From NCBI RefSeq assembly GCF_006345805.1, contig NC_043001.1:11594001-11658000 (forward strand): a stretch of DNA of 64,000 nucleotides. Direction: 5' to 3'. The position numbers were made by a program, and so were the translations under genes. A model generated the notes under the pieces. The model did not search any database. It was not told the origin of the DNA and was given only the letters and a program-made list of their open reading frames with translations. Positions 1 through 13,302 of the stretch are shown one piece after another (within the stretch, counting starts at the first letter, position 1; each line of letters starts with the position of its first letter). The DNA is from Octopus sinensis. Its lineage: Eukaryota.

Positions 1-886
1 ATACATCATATATATTCATGCTTACCATAGCAAATTTCATTCGCAGCTAACGTTTGAAAGTCTATAATATATTTTTGATCAGTTCGTATATACTTGCTTA
101 TAATTAACTAATTAATTACAATTAAATTATTAGGGCAGAAAACAATTGAAGATTTAGTTCAAATCCTGATATTGACAACTTTGCCTTTCATTAATCTAAA
201 TTCACTGAAATACGAATCAGTCAAATATTGATCGGCCGTAATCATCACCACAAATTCCTTTCTCGATTTGCATGTTATAAGTATTTATAATCTTTACTAT
301 GAAGGAAATCATCAATGTATTATCATCATTTGTACTCACGCAACACTGTAAAATGGAAGCCGTAACAAATCAATAAATGTCCATAATATTTCTATTTACG
401 CTCACAAAGGGCCGTAAAAGTATCGTATTTCATTGCAATAAGAGCAGGCATATTACGAGTGTTATGGCGACCATTTTCTTTCATGGGATTCTGGAACAAT
501 TCACCTGCGTGACATCCTGGTCGAGTTTACTCTGCTATAGCCTCGAGTTGACCAGTAAAATATATGTGGAATTTATTAGGCGGAAACAGAGAGGCTCCTC
601 CTTAATAACATCGTACCAGTGACTGGTTATTAATAAACTCACGAATTTAGAGACAAAAATCTCTCATCTTGTATTACCTCCCTTATTTATGCATTTAATG
701 ATTTATTTTCTTGTATTTTTTGCTCTGTTTTGTCTTCCATATTTCTCAACGAAATAATTTGGATTTCTAAGGAATGTTTGGTTTGCTCTAAGATATTCAA
801 ATGAAGTGAACGAATACAAGAAACACACATATACTCTAACAAGCAGTTTGTAAGCTAGAACATCGCATGGATAATCAAAATAAATA

Positions 887-1099
887 TTCTTTCCTACTCT
901 AGGCACAAGGCCCGAAATTATTGAGGAGAGGGCCAGTCGATTAGATCGACCGCCTTACGCAACTGGTACTTAATTTATTGACCCCGAAAGGATGAAAGGT
1001 AAAGTCAACCTCGCGGAATTTGCAGTCAGAACGTAAAGACAGACGAAATATCGCTTAGCATTTTGTCCGGCGTGCTAACGTTTCCACCAGCTCGCCGCC
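887..1099 (-). mobile_element. tRNA-derived SINE family A, monomer with alternative 3' tail (tail 2)
   Basis: Reverse complement of head GGCGGCGAGCTGG..GTTAGCACGCCGG, B-box-like region, central GACTTTRCCTTTCATCCTTTCGGGGTC domain, tail CGGGCCTTGTGCCTAGAGTAG. Confidence 0.85.
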
Positions 1100-1244
1100 T
1101 AACGTAACGTATATATACGCGCAAACATGAGCGTATGATCTTGACAATATAAGTTTATACACGAAATGGCAATTTTATATATATAAACCTGTTGCGTCTA
1201 TATATTTGCGGCAGTAGTATAATTGTACCGGTGCACACATTCCA

Positions 1245-1254
1245 TAATAATAAC

Positions 1255-1298
<44 letters not shown>

Positions 1299-1318
1299 TA
1301 ATAATAATAATAATAATA
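1245..1318. repeat. (AAT)n microsatellite
   Basis: Direct reading. Confidence 0.95.
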
Positions 1319-1393
1319 TGGTAGTAATCCTCTGATAATATATCGATAAAGCAAATGTAAAAATATTTAATAAAACAAATTGCCCATCTCATT

Positions 1394-1650
1394 CTCTTTT
1401 GCCGAACCGCTAAGTAACGGGAACATAAACACACCAGCATCGGTTGTCAAGCAATGCTAGGGGGACAAACAAAGACACAAACACACACACATATATATAT
1501 ATATATACATATATACGACGGGCTTCTTTCAGTTTCCGTCTACTGGGCTTACAAAAGAATAAGTCCCGGGGTCGGTCGATTTGCTCGACTAAAGGCGGTG
1601 CTCCAGCATGGCCGCAGTCAAATGACTGAAACAAGTAAAAGAGTAAAGAG
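1394..1650. mobile_element. SINE family B fragment with internal inversion (1394-1543 minus, 1544-1650 plus)
   Basis: Middle of the family B consensus in reverse orientation, joined at TAC to the 3' end in forward orientation. Confidence 0.85.
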
Positions 1651-2411
1651 ATATATATATATATATAGGTATAGATATATATGTATACATACGCACACAC
1701 GCATATGTGTGTGTGTTTTGTTCGGTTATAATATAAAAACGACTTGCCATTTCTATTTAATGTTACTTGATACTTATCTAAAGTTTTTTTTTTTTAACAT
1801 GAATAATATTGAGAGTAACTTTGAAGTTCCGGCCTGCTAAGTCAATAGCGTTACTATGACGCGTTATGTTAAACTTGGCTTTCTGGTGAGATAAATTTTT
1901 CGAGGAATTCGTTGGGTTCAGTTGAATGGTAATTATGTTATCTGGTGGGTTGTGATGGAAAGATTTTGTGGACAAATATTAAATGAATATGTTGATATTG
2001 TTCAGAACTTAATCCTTCGTGCAGAACTTTGTAAACAGCTGTGTATGCGTTTCAGGTCATGGTTTTGTTTTTTAGCAGTTCACAAAAACGAAGTACGGTG
2101 TTAATTCTTAACAATTATTATTCTTTAGCAATTCTAACAAGAGATGGAAATTTCTCACAGTAGAGCAGCTTACAAGAAATAGCAGTCAAATCAGTCACAC
2201 ATCACAATAAACCGCTTTAACCCATTCATGCTGATCGTCCGTTTAAACTGACCCTTAATTTATAAGGGTATAAAACAAATACTTGATACAAATTGTAATT
2301 TGTGTACGGTCTGTATCAAAGAACCAAACATGTTCTTAACCCGTATGCAGTCTCTATCAAACGGATTTAAATGAAATATTTTTCACTTATTATGTAGATC
2401 AACATAATAGT

Positions 2412-2981
2412 ATCTATTTCTTTATTACCCACAATGGGCTAAACTTAGAGAGGACAAACAAGGACGGACATAGGTATTAAGTCGATTACATCGAGCCCAG
2501 TGCATAACTGGTACTTAATTTATCTACCCCGAAAGGGTGAAAGGCAAAGTTCACCTCGGCGGAATTTGAACTCAAAACGTAACGGTAGACAAAATACCTA
2601 TTTCTTTACTACAGAGAGGACAAACAAGGACAGACAAACGGATTAAGTCGATTATATCGATCCCAGTGCGTAACTGGGAATTATTTAATCGACCCCCGAA
2701 AGGATGAAAGGCAAAGTCGACCTCGACGGAATTTGAACACAGAACGTAGCGGCAGATGAAATACCTATTTGTTTATTACCCACAGGGGGCTAAACACAGA
2801 GGGAACAAACAAGGACAGACATAGGTATTAAGTCGATTACATCGACCCCAGTGCGTAACTGGTGCTTAATTTATCGACCCCGAAAGGATGAAAGGCAAAG
2901 TCGACCTCGGCGGAATGGCAGACGAAATACCGCAAAGCATTTCGCCCGGCGTGCGAACGTTTGTGCCGGCTCGCCGCCTTA
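2412..2981 (-). mobile_element. SINE family A trimer with one 17-bp TSD
   Basis: Three B-box/core/tail units and one head. TAGATCAACATAATAGT at 2395-2411 and 2982-2998. Confidence 0.9.
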
Positions 2982-4146
2982 TAGATCAACATAATAGTGT
3001 CTCCGAATTTTTAGGTAATTTTATTCACTAGAAAAATTTCGACACGAGTGGGGTGAAGAGAATAGGATAAGATTATTTATTCCGTAATATGCGGGGAAAA
3101 AGGCATTTTGTTTGCTTCTGTAAACATTTGATCACAAATCTATTTAATTCGAATTACTCTTGGTCGAAATAACAACATTAGCAACAGCAACAACAACATC
3201 TAATGGTTTTAGCCTAGATTCGAAATTTCTTTAGTTGAGAGGAAGACGACGATGAAAGTGACTTCAATTTGTGATTGGAAAGGAATATAAATTGGTTTCT
3301 CACTAAATAGAAAGATCTATATCTAATAAATATATATATATATGTCGCTTAAAAAAAAAAGCGTTTAGTAGAAAACCAAACAAAAAAACAACAAAAAAAA
3401 CTGACATATTCTTCAAGACAAGTTAATGTTTAATATGCTCTATATTGCTGAATATTTTTATTTCTGTTTCGAGCGAAATAAGTGTGGGCGAAAACGTCGA
3501 TGTGTAGGTCAGATAAGGTTGAATATTTCTTACACTCATTCAATTATTCCCTTTATATTTCATTATTTGATTTTAATAACACTTTCGTGATTCTATTCTA
3601 TTATCGTACATATAGAATATAGTAAGTCAAACGACCTCCTTTTGTTTTTAAAAATAGACACGTGATTTTATCATCTCAACATCTGCCGCCATACGGCGTT
3701 TTCCATCAACCTTTAATCCCTCCCTCCTTCTATCATATATAGATATTGTTCTTTCTAGCCTTCATTAAAATAACAATTTCTACAATTTTCAGACTGTCAT
3801 AAATTTAAGAGGAGGCGGGTAATCGAACAAATCAATTAACAGTACACTGTATTATTTATTTTATCGATCCGAAAAAAAAAATGAAATACAAAGATGGCAG
3901 CGGAAGGATTCTTACTCACAATAAAAAGGAACATAACAAAATACTAAAAAACATTTTGACTACTATCGAACTGCTTCGACAACTTTGCTTTCAATGCGCC
4001 ATTATTAATATTGATATTTTTTACGTTCTGTCATGAAATTTTAGGAGTGAATTAACATTGGTTTTCTCGATTCTAACAGGTAAAACTCGGTACACCTAAA
4101 TAAAATGCACAATAAATGTAAATCGCCATTAGTGTGTCATAGTATA

Positions 4147-4532
4147 GGAGCACTCCGTCGGTTGCGACGATGAGGGTCCCAGCTAATACGATCAAGGAAC
4201 AGCTTGCTCGTGATATTAACGTGCAAGTGGCTGAGCACTCCACAGATACGTGTACCCTTAACGTAGTTCTCGAGGAGATTCAGCGTGACACACAGAATGT
4301 GACAAGGCTGGCCCCTTTGAAATACAGGTACAAGAGAAACAGGAAGAAAGAGCGAGAGAAAGTTGTGGTGAAAGAGTACAACAGGGTTCACCATCACCCC
4401 CTGCCGGAGCATCGTGGAGCTTTAGGTGTTTTCGCTCAATAAACACTCACAATGCCCGGTCTGGGAATCGGGACCGCGATCCTCCGACCGCGCGTCCGTT
4501 GCCCTAACCACTGAGCCATTGTAGCCTCCACT
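4147..4532 (-). mobile_element. tRNA-derived SINE family C, tail C1
   Basis: Diverged A box (TGGCTCAGTGG) and B-box region on the minus strand; body matches the copies at 25808, 44536 and 47125. Confidence 0.85.
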
Positions 4533-4628
4533 ATTCATAGTAAATATAAAGACAGAAAGCATCTATCGTTCTCGTGGATCTCAGCAGCGACGATGTTTGT
4601 CTTGCTTCAATATATATAAAATGTTTTA

Positions 4629-5385
4629 AGGCGGCGAGCTGACAGAATCGTTAGCCCGCCGGGCGAAATTCATAGCAGTATTTCGTCTGGCTACGTTCTG
4701 AGTTCAATTTCCGCCGAGGTCGACTTTGCCTTACATCCTTTCGGGGTCGATAACTAAAGTACCAGTTACGCACTGGAGTCGATATAATCGACTTAATCCG
4801 TTTGTCTTTCCTTGTTTGTCCTCTCAGTGTTTAGCCCCTTGTGGGTAGTAAAGAAATAGGTATTTCGTCTGCTGCTACGTTCTGAGTTCAAATTCCGCCG
4901 TGGTCGACTTTGCCTTACATCCTTTCGGGGTCGATAACTAAAGTACCAGTTACGCACTGGAGTCGATATAATCGACTTAATCCGTTTGTCTTTCTTTGTT
5001 TGTCCTCTCAGTGTTTAGCCCCTTGTGGGTAGTAAAGAAATAGGTATTTCGTCTGCTGCTACGTTCTGAGTTCAAATTCCGCCGTGGTCGACTTTGCCTT
5101 TCATCCTTTCGGGGTCGATTAAATAAGTACCAGTTACGCACTAGAGTCGATATAATCGACTTAATCCGTTTGTCTTTCTTTGTTTGTCCTCTCTGTGTTT
5201 AGCCCCTTGTGGGTAGTAAAGAAATAGGTATTTCGTCTGCTGCTACGTTGTGAGTTGAAATTCAGCCGAGATCGAGTTTGCCTTTCATCCTTTTGAAGTA
5301 GATAAATTAAGTTGCGTACCGGGGTTGATCTAATCGACTGGCCACCTCCCCCAAAATTTCGGGCCTTGTGTCAAGAATAGAAAAG
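4629..5385 (+). mobile_element. SINE family A tetramer (head plus four 182-184-bp units, last with tail 2)
   Basis: Units start GTATTTCGTC at 4678, 4860, 5044 and 5228. Near-perfect TSD TATATATAAA(A/G)TGTTT at 4611-4626 and 5386-5401. Confidence 0.9.
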
Positions 5386-5999
5386 TATATATAAAGTGTT
5401 TATAATACAGGCATTTAATGACATTTTACTTTTGGTAATTCCACTGCATCTTCCCTTCTCACAGGGAATACACTTACTACGATACATAGATGTCAATGTA
5501 ACTGGTATTTTTAACTACTTTTTCAGGAGCATTATACTGCAAATTAGTTTTACAATGATTTTGACTCGGGTAGAAAACAGAACTGAGATACTGCAAGGCA
5601 GTTTGTATAACTCTGTCTCGCTTATTCCATTCTAGTGGCTTTTAGTGACGTAAAAACAAAAAAGGAAATTGTAGAGGGCAAATACTTTGCACCAGCTCTT
5701 AAAGAGTTGACAAAATCTGTATGTATAAAAGGCAGGATGTGTGTGTGAGTGTGTGTGTGTGTGTGTGGGTGTGTGTGTGTGCGTGCGTGAATGTAATTTA
5801 TGCAAGTCCACAAATTAGCACGCATGTCGCTCCAATTTTAGGAGGACATTCGTCATGATCCTAGCTGTATCTTCGTCAGCATATTTTTACCAGAGGCACC
5901 AGCGAATAACAGAAAAATTAAATTTTCAACCAAAACTGTTAGCAATTTTTCAAGTCGGAGATATAACCATTGTTTGCAAACAGGAGTTAAGTTCCCCTC

Positions 6000-6720
6000 T
6001 AGCGACGAGTAGCGGATTTTGAACTCAGAACGTAAAGACAGACAAAACGCCGCTAAGATTTTCGTCCGGTGTGCTAACACTTCAACCGGCTCGCCGCCTT
6101 TGATAAACCTACTTTTCTACGCTGGTTCGACATGGCTTGAAAGAGAGTTACCGTTCTCATACTTTTACCCAGGAGCATTTAAGTCGATTACGTCGACCCC
6201 AGTACTCAACTGATACTTATTTTATCGAATTCAAAAGATAAAATGCAAATTCGGGCTCGGTGGAATTTGACCTCAGAACGTAAAGACGGACGAAATACCT
6301 ATTTCTTTACTACCCACAAGGAGATACACACAGAGAGGACAAACAAGGACAGAAAAACGGATTAAGTCGATTATATCGACCGCAGGGCGTAACTGATAGC
6401 TATTTAATCGACCCGGAATGGATGAAAGGCAAAGTCGACCTCGGCGGAATTTGAACTCAGAACGTAACGGCAGACGAAATACGGCTAAGCATTTCGCCCG
6501 GCGTGCTAACGTTTCTGCCAGCTCGCCACCTTTGATAAACCTATTTTGCCATGCTGGATCGACTTGGCTTGGCAGAGAGTTACAATTCTCATACTTTTAC
6601 CCCACAGGAGCATTTAAATCGATGACGTCGACCCCCAATTACTCAACTGGTACTTATTTTATCGAATTCAAAATATAAAACGCAAAGTCGGGCTCGGTGG
6701 GATTTGAACTTAAAACGTAA
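6000..6720 (-). mobile_element. Cluster of SINE A copies with ~430-bp local duplication
   Basis: Head end plus ~95-bp spacer TTGATAAACCTA..AGGAGCATTTAA plus an older A unit, occurring twice (~6090 and ~6520). Confidence 0.75.
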
Positions 6721-7254
6721 GCCTTTGTAAGTTACGTAATAAAAATGAAATGAATAGAACTGAAAATTAAAACCGACTTGCAAACTCATGATTTGCGGTT
6801 GCCTAATACCTCCAACGGCTCATAACTCACACATTTTTCGCCGTCTATTTCCTCAGAAAACTTTCGCCAATTATGATGTACATAAAGCCTTCTATGTACC
6901 ACTGTTTGTATTCACAATGTTTTCCGTCTAACCGAGATCGGTTGTTTAAATGTTTTCGGTGTCGTTTATCGTTATTTTCTCTTTTGTCATGTCTTGCAAT
7001 ACCGACATTGCAATGATTCAACATACAGCGGTTGTCAGTATCAATGCATTTTATATTAGTATACTTATTTACAACCGGGCGACATATCTATTTTGAAGGC
7101 ATATTTTACTGACTTATTGCGTAAATGTAGCTACAGAAGAAAATAAAGTATTTGCAAGTCTTCTTTTGAGAGTTGACGGTTATTAGACTTGACATAACTC
7201 TTGATTTATTAGACTGAATAGAAACCCGTGTCTCTTCTTTTTCATGTGTTTGCT

Positions 7255-7277
7255 TGTCTCTCTGTCTCTGTCTTCTG

Positions 7278-7374
<97 letters not shown>

Positions 7375-7409
7375 CATCCATCATCTATCTATCTATCTAT
7401 CCATCCATC

Positions 7410-7467
<58 letters not shown>

Positions 7468-7490
7468 ATATATATATATTATATATATAT
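7255..7490. repeat. (TCTG)n/(TCTA)n compound microsatellite
   Basis: Direct reading. Confidence 0.95.
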
Positions 7491-7504
7491 CAATATCTAT
7501 AAAT

Positions 7505-7715
7505 CTGAAATGCGAAAATCATCTGATGTACTGAACTTAATTCTAGCTATCAAGACAATATCATTTTTAAATGCACCAACATTGATCATTGCTATGATTA
7601 GATTCTCAGATTTGTGTTTCACGAGAATCCGTGTTCCATTGTAAAGTCTTGGAGGATCTAAGTTTCCATTATTTGTTCTTTGTCTCACATTCTAGTGACG
7701 TGCATTCTTATCCTC
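7505..7715 (-). pseudogene. Helitron PIF1-type helicase fragment
   Basis: Translation NLDPPRLYNGTRILVK..IIAMINVGAFKNDIVLIARI matches the RNLDPPxLCNGTRL..GxxVLIPRI helicase segment; truncated and frameshifted. Confidence 0.75.
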
Positions 7716-7980
7716 TCCAGCATCACTTTCTCTCCTTTCTCTTTTACTTGTTTCAGTCATTTGAATGTGGCCATGTTGGAGCACCGCCTTTAGTCGAGCA
7801 AATTGACCCCAGGACTTATTCTTTGTAAGCCTAGGACTTATTATATCGGTTTCTTTTGCCGAACCGCTAAGTTACGAGGACGTAAACACACCAGCATCGG
7901 TTGTCTAGCGATGTTGGGGGGACAAACACAGACACACAAACATACACGCGCACACACACACGCATATATATATATAGCTG

Positions 7981-8803
7981 GGTTTTCGTTATTTTCTGCC
8001 TTTTTTTGCCATATACAGCTTACAAATTCTGTTTGTTTGTGGAGACATTTTACTAGTAGAGGAAATACTGACCAATTTTGGCTGCTATTTCTAATATTTT
8101 CGGTATGTGGTTTTGAGCAACTTGTTGCTTTTAACCCTTTATTATAATTATTATAACCCTTACCAAATATGGTCTTTTCCATACCGACAAATCTACTAGG
8201 TGAAATTGATTAATTTTATTAAATTAATTATATTCCACCCTTTATTGAATATTGAATACTTTTGCTCCCTTACAAGTTATCTCCGAATTTTTCGTTTCGT
8301 TGGTAATGTTTTTGTGGCTCACGTGGTAGACTTTGGAGGGAAATACGAATTCGCATGTCGGCATAGATGTACGAATGCTAGCAGTTCCGTTAAGCCGTCC
8401 GATGTTGCAGATCGTACTGGTGTAACGGGTAAGTTTTTTCCCCTAGCATTTCTAGATCTATAGGAAATATTATATTGACAAGGAAATGAACCTTTGGTTC
8501 TAATCCAGAAACGAGTCGTCTATAATTAATCCAGAGGCTAGGTTTTCGTTATTTTCTGCCTTTTTTTGCCATATACAGCTTACAAATTCTGTTTGTTTTT
8601 GGAGACTTTTTACTAGTAGAGGAAATACTGACCAATTTTGGCTGCTCTTTCTAATATTTTCGGTATGTGGTTTTGAGCAACCTGTTGCTTTTAACCCTTT
8701 ATTATAATTATTATAACCCTTACCAAATATGGTCTTTTCCATACCGACAAATCTACTAGGTGAAATTGATTAATTTTATTAAATTAATTATATTCCACCC
8801 TTT

Positions 8804-8810
<7 letters not shown>
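7981..8810 (+). mobile_element. Non-coding element with ~270-bp direct repeats (5'-truncated copy plus longer copy with HHR); PLE pseudo-LTR-like (family G)
   Basis: 7981-8250 repeated at ~8541-8810; ends CCACCCTTTATTGAATATATA in (TA)n; 3' end resembles the element at 55812-56172. Confidence 0.7.
8469..8526 (+). ncRNA. Type I hammerhead ribozyme, U3-A8 core variant
   Basis: Stem I ATTATA/TATAAT; core TTGACAA; stem II GGA..GAAC/GTTC..TCC plus one extra A; GAAA; stem III ACG-AGT-CGT; GUC site. Confidence 0.7.
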
Positions 8811-8840
<30 letters not shown>

Positions 8841-9159
8841 TTATACGACGGACCTCTTTCAGTTTCTGTCGATCAATCCACTCACAAGGCTTTGGTCGAC
8901 CCGAGGCTATAGTAGAAGACATTTGCCCAAGGTGCCACGCAGTGGGACTGAACCCGGAACCATGTGGATGGTAAGCAAGCTAATTACCACACAGCCACTC
9001 CTACGCCACTCCTTTATTTCCTCAATCTATTGTCCGTCTTCTTAGCTACTTCCTGTTGTCTTCTTGCCTTTGCCGCTTCCCGACACCGTTTAGCACAATC
9101 TCCGATAATCCTCGTCTCTTTCTTCGCCGTATAATCGATCAGTATGTATATGCGTATGC

Positions 9160-9378
9160 AATAATGGTGCTGAAAAGTTCCTATCTTTAAGGGTGACGCG
9201 AAAGGCCTGGCTGCAGGCTAAAACTTCCGAGTTCTTCTGCATACTTTAGAAAACCTGAATGACCGCAGCAATAAGTGTGTGATTCTAAGAGGGGAATATT
9301 TTGAATAAACCATAATTAACTAAACTTCCTGTAATTTTTCGTCACCCAAAGCCAAGAATTTTTCAGCAACGACTCGAA
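9160..9378 (+). mobile_element. mariner deletion derivative (MITE-like)
   Basis: Imperfect TIRs (G.TGCTGAAAA.TTC.T..CTTT); retains mariner C-terminus KCVILRGEYFE*. Confidence 0.65.
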
Positions 9379-9568
9379 TTAGGAAAGACGAAAGTCAAGA
9401 AACGCAAAAGAAGGAGTAAGAATCATCAATAATATATAAATAAAAATTTTCTAGAACAAGAAATGATATTTAAATTACACAAATGCGTGTGTGTGTGTGC
9501 GTATGGGCGTGAGAGAGAGAGAGATAGAAAGAGAGAGATAGAAAGAGAGAGAGAGTGAGAGAGAGAGG

Positions 9569-9604
<36 letters not shown>

Positions 9605-10500
9605 GAAATAGGGGAATTGTAATATAATGTGAATTTAATGTGAATTTAATATAGTAAGCCCTCGCCAATATGCGGTACTCTTAATAACCGGTACTGGTGT
9701 GTATACGTCCCACGTAAACTAGCGATTCTGCAAAAGAGATCGATAGATTAAGTACCAGGCTTTAGATATAAGCATTGGGGTCAATTTATTGGACGAAAAA
9801 GTCTTCTATTGAAGCAAGAAAATGACAAAAGATTAGAGATATGACATAGTGGAACCAAAATAAGAGTCAGTGTTATATAGGAAAAGGAAAGCTGTTTCAT
9901 GGGTCAGCTAAGTGTTGTGGAAAAAGCACTGTAGAAACAACAATAGCCGCGATTTCTCAAAATTCGCCAGTTTTTTTCCCACAGCAATTTGTGTACATAT
10001 AATGCTTACAAGAATTGGAGTTTGTACAATATCAGTTAATGTTTGAAATGAGTGAGTATTCACGTTGCCTTTCTCGGGGGTATAGGCTCAGGAGAATGCT
10101 GCTGATCAGAGTATGAAGGCGAGTATTTGAGAGTAGCCATAGTGGGTTTATACCAAAGGTTATCAATGAATTGTCCGGTTGAACGAACCAGATGTTGTTC
10201 TTGGATATCAAATATTTACTTTAAAGTCTTTCACTTACGATATATATCAAGACAGTCTTCACGCAAGAACTTTCTGGCTTTAACAGGAAACGACAAGAAA
10301 GCAGCCAAGCTGAAATGGCACCGATGTGGAGCTATCTATTACTGCGTACCAGATTCAGAATTCAGTTGCTTCGTTATAATAACACTCATTGCAGACATGT
10401 AAGTGTTATAAAAACTGGATTAGGTATATTAAAGTCTAAGACACAAATGAGGCTAGCTAGAAATACAAAGGCATTAATGCGTCAATTAAGGGCTTTAATA

Positions 10501-10899
10501 AGGCGGCGAGCTGGCAGAATCGTTAGCACTCCGGGCGAAATGCTTAGCAGTATTTCGTCTGCCGTTATGTTCTAAGTTCAAATTCCGCCGAGGTCGACTT
10601 TACCTTTCATCCTTTCGGGGTCGATTAAATATGTACAAGTTACGCACTGGGGTCGATATAATCGACTTAATCCGTTTGTCTGTCCTTGTTTGTCTCCTCC
10701 GTGTTTAGTCCCTTGTGGGTAATAAAGAAATAGGTATTTCGTCTGTCATTACATCTGAGTTCAAAATCCACCGAAGTCGACTTTGCCTTTCATCGTTTCC
10801 GGGTCGATAAATTAAGTACCAGTTGCGTACTGATGTTGATCTAATCGACACGACCCTTCCCACAAAATTTCGGGCCTTCTACCTAGAGTAGAAACGAAA
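10501..10899 (+). mobile_element. SINE family A dimer ending in tail 2
   Basis: Head plus two units; TSD TAAGGG(C/A)TTTAATA at 10487-10500 and 10900-10913. Confidence 0.88.
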
Positions 10900-11543
10900 T
10901 AAGGGATTTAATATTAACAATAATAAACTCGACTATTTTTTACTCAACAATTTCTATCCGCTTTGATACGGTGACCTTTTCTACATCGACTTTAGAAATT
11001 TCCTGTTCTAGAATTCTCTAAAATGCGTGTTAGTATTACCGAGACAGTCTTTGTATAAACAAGTTTTTTTTTTAATGTTTACATCTAATATATTGTTGTT
11101 TGTGTTGATCCTTAATGTCTCTTTAGTATCAGTTCGATAAATAGTGATCGATGAATCCTTCAAAGTGATGCTCTGACTTGGTCATAAACTAATGAACAGA
11201 ACAAATGGAAGGACGTGTAACAACGTCTTGGCGTTGTATTTGTGTAAAGATTGTTTGAGAGAATGAGCATTTCAGTGACATTTAGTTACAGCTTGCAGGC
11301 ATTTGTATCGGGTTTCTTTCGTTTCTCTTCTCAAATTCCCGCTAGGAACGACAAGGTGATATTTAGCATTAATTCTTACAGCAGTATTGATATCGAATTG
11401 TTTTAATGCCACAGCAAAGACATCCAATACTTGGTTATGCTGCCAGAAGCGTTGTTGCTAGCTATGACTAAAATACAGCAAGTTGAAACTCGATCGTTTT
11501 AGAGCCTCCGCACCACAAAAAAAAAAAAAAAAATGCAGTGAGA

Positions 11544-11772
11544 GGCGGCGAGCTGGCAGAGACGTTAGCACACCGGGCGAAGTGCTTCGAGGTATTTCGC
11601 CCGTCGCTACGTTCTGAGTTCAAATTCCGCCAAGGTCGACTTTGACTTTCATCCTTTCGGGGTCGATAAACTAAGTACCAGTTACGCACTGGGGTCGATG
11701 TAATCGACTTAATCCGTTTGTCTGTCCTTGTTTGTTCCGTTCTATGTTTAACCCCTTGTGGGTAGTAAAGAA
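11544..11772 (+). mobile_element. SINE family A monomer (tail 1)
   Basis: Full head-core-tail match. Confidence 0.88.
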
Positions 11773-11827
11773 GCAGATGTTATATCTACGGAGTTTAAGA
11801 TCGGCCGTATATTAAGACATATCACAT

Positions 11828-12266
11828 ACTCTTTTACTTTTTTACTTGTTTCAGTCATTTGACTGTGGCCATGCTGGAGCACCGCCTTTAGTCGAGCAAA
11901 TCGACCCCAGGACTTATTCTTTGGATGCCTAATACTTATTCTATCGGGCTCATTTGCCGAACCGGTAAGTTACGGGGACGTAAACACACCAGCATCGGTT
12001 GTCAAGCGATGTTGGGGGACAGACACAGACACACAAACAAACATACACGCACACACACACACATATATATATATATTCATATATATATATATACATATAT
12101 ATGACGGGCTTCTTTCAGTTTCCGTCTACCAAATCCACTCTCAAGTCTTCGGTCGGTCCGAGGCTATAGTAGAATACACAATTGCACAAGGTGCCATGCA
12201 GTGGAATTGAAGCCGGAACCACGTGGTTCGTAAGCAAGCTACTTACCACGCAGCCACTCCTACACC
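11828..12266 (-). mobile_element. SINE family B, full length
   Basis: tRNA-like head, CORE-like block, internal (TA)/(CA) tract, 3' ..GACTGAAACAAGTAAAA. Confidence 0.88.
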
Positions 12267-12429
12267 TGTGGAATCACACGCTAGCTCATTATAGTCTTCA
12301 CAGCCATTTCTCCAAAGCATCGTCCTTTGACTTCCTTCATACTCTACTCATGCACTGATGCTTCTTACATCGACTGCTTTGTTGCATTTCCTTTTTTTAA
12401 GCAGGCTGGCAATTTTCTTTGGCCGTGTA

Positions 12430-12640
12430 ATCGCGCGTAACCTAGTGGTTAGAATGATTCGTTCACAACTGTAAGAAAGTGATTTAAATCCCCGCATCGG
12501 ATGGCACGTTGTATTCTGGAGTAAAGCACTCCCTTTCACGTTGCGTTGGGTCAATCCACTCGCTTGTAAGCGAGTTCTAGTTATGCCTGGGAAGTTAACA
12601 CTGCGACGGGGCGGCGGTCGGTTCAAAGAAGAATGGTATA
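12430..12640 (+). mobile_element. Old, degenerate tRNA-headed SINE (CORE-like)
   Basis: A-box-like TAACCTAGTGG, B-box-like GATTTAAATCCC, CORE-like GTATTCTGGAGTAAAGCACT. Confidence 0.45.
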
Positions 12641-13302
12641 ATCTGAGCCAGTTACGCCATGGGAACCGAATTTAGGAACAGTTTTCGAGTAATAGGGCTA
12701 ATGACAGACATGATTATGTATGGTATGTCGCCATTTCATCTTTAATTTGTTGAGATATCTCTTGATATTTATTTGTCACAATGCAAGACGTTTTCTGCAA
12801 AACTTCGACTCATTTTCTTTTATTTCCACTTTGGGTCTTTTCCTCTTTTCTAAAGAATTTCTCACATTACCTTCCATTGCCTAACAAAACTATCATCTGC
12901 GTCCAGGAACCGATGAAGTCTACGGAATCGTTTTCTCCTGATACCATCATATGGCACAATATATCAGCATCCCCAACTGACATTTGAATTATAATTTGTC
13001 AGACTGATCACCAACTCGTTTGGTAGTGCAATTTCACAGCCCATATCCCGTGGAATGTTGCAGAGACCTACCACTTGTATAGGAACATACCAGCTGACGT
13101 TTCTAGGCCCTTCCCTCCTGTCTGCAAGATTCCATGGAAATAGTTTCTGCGAAAGCCATGTTGTTAACAACATACGTTGATTTCTTGTTGCTGAACCATA
13201 ATTATTAACGACTCTTGTTTCAAAAACATTTGATCTCAGCTTCCCTTTAGTCATTATAGAAAGCATCTAATATGATTGTTCAAGGCTATCGTTCATCTCT
13301 TA

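Larger units (their letters stand above)
7735..9007 (-). mobile_element. SINE family B (CORE-like) split at its internal (TA)n by an ~830-bp insertion
   Basis: 3' half at 7735-7977 and 5' half at 8822-9007; CORE-like CCTTGGGCAA.TGTCTT motif. Confidence 0.85.

Noticed and set aside
4629-5385. Regularly spaced repeats suggestive of a CRISPR array
   Set aside because: Whole ~183-bp units are repeated with no unique spacers, and the context is eukaryotic SINE.
10287-10398. Possible plus-strand exon (TTTAACAG acceptor, GTAAGT donor, two open frames)
   Set aside because: No recognisable protein and no partner exons found; needs RNA-seq to support.
12880-13270. Possible piggyBac transposase remnant (minus strand)
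   Set aside because: Only vague similarity across several frameshifts and no TIR or TTAA seen; needs a profile search.
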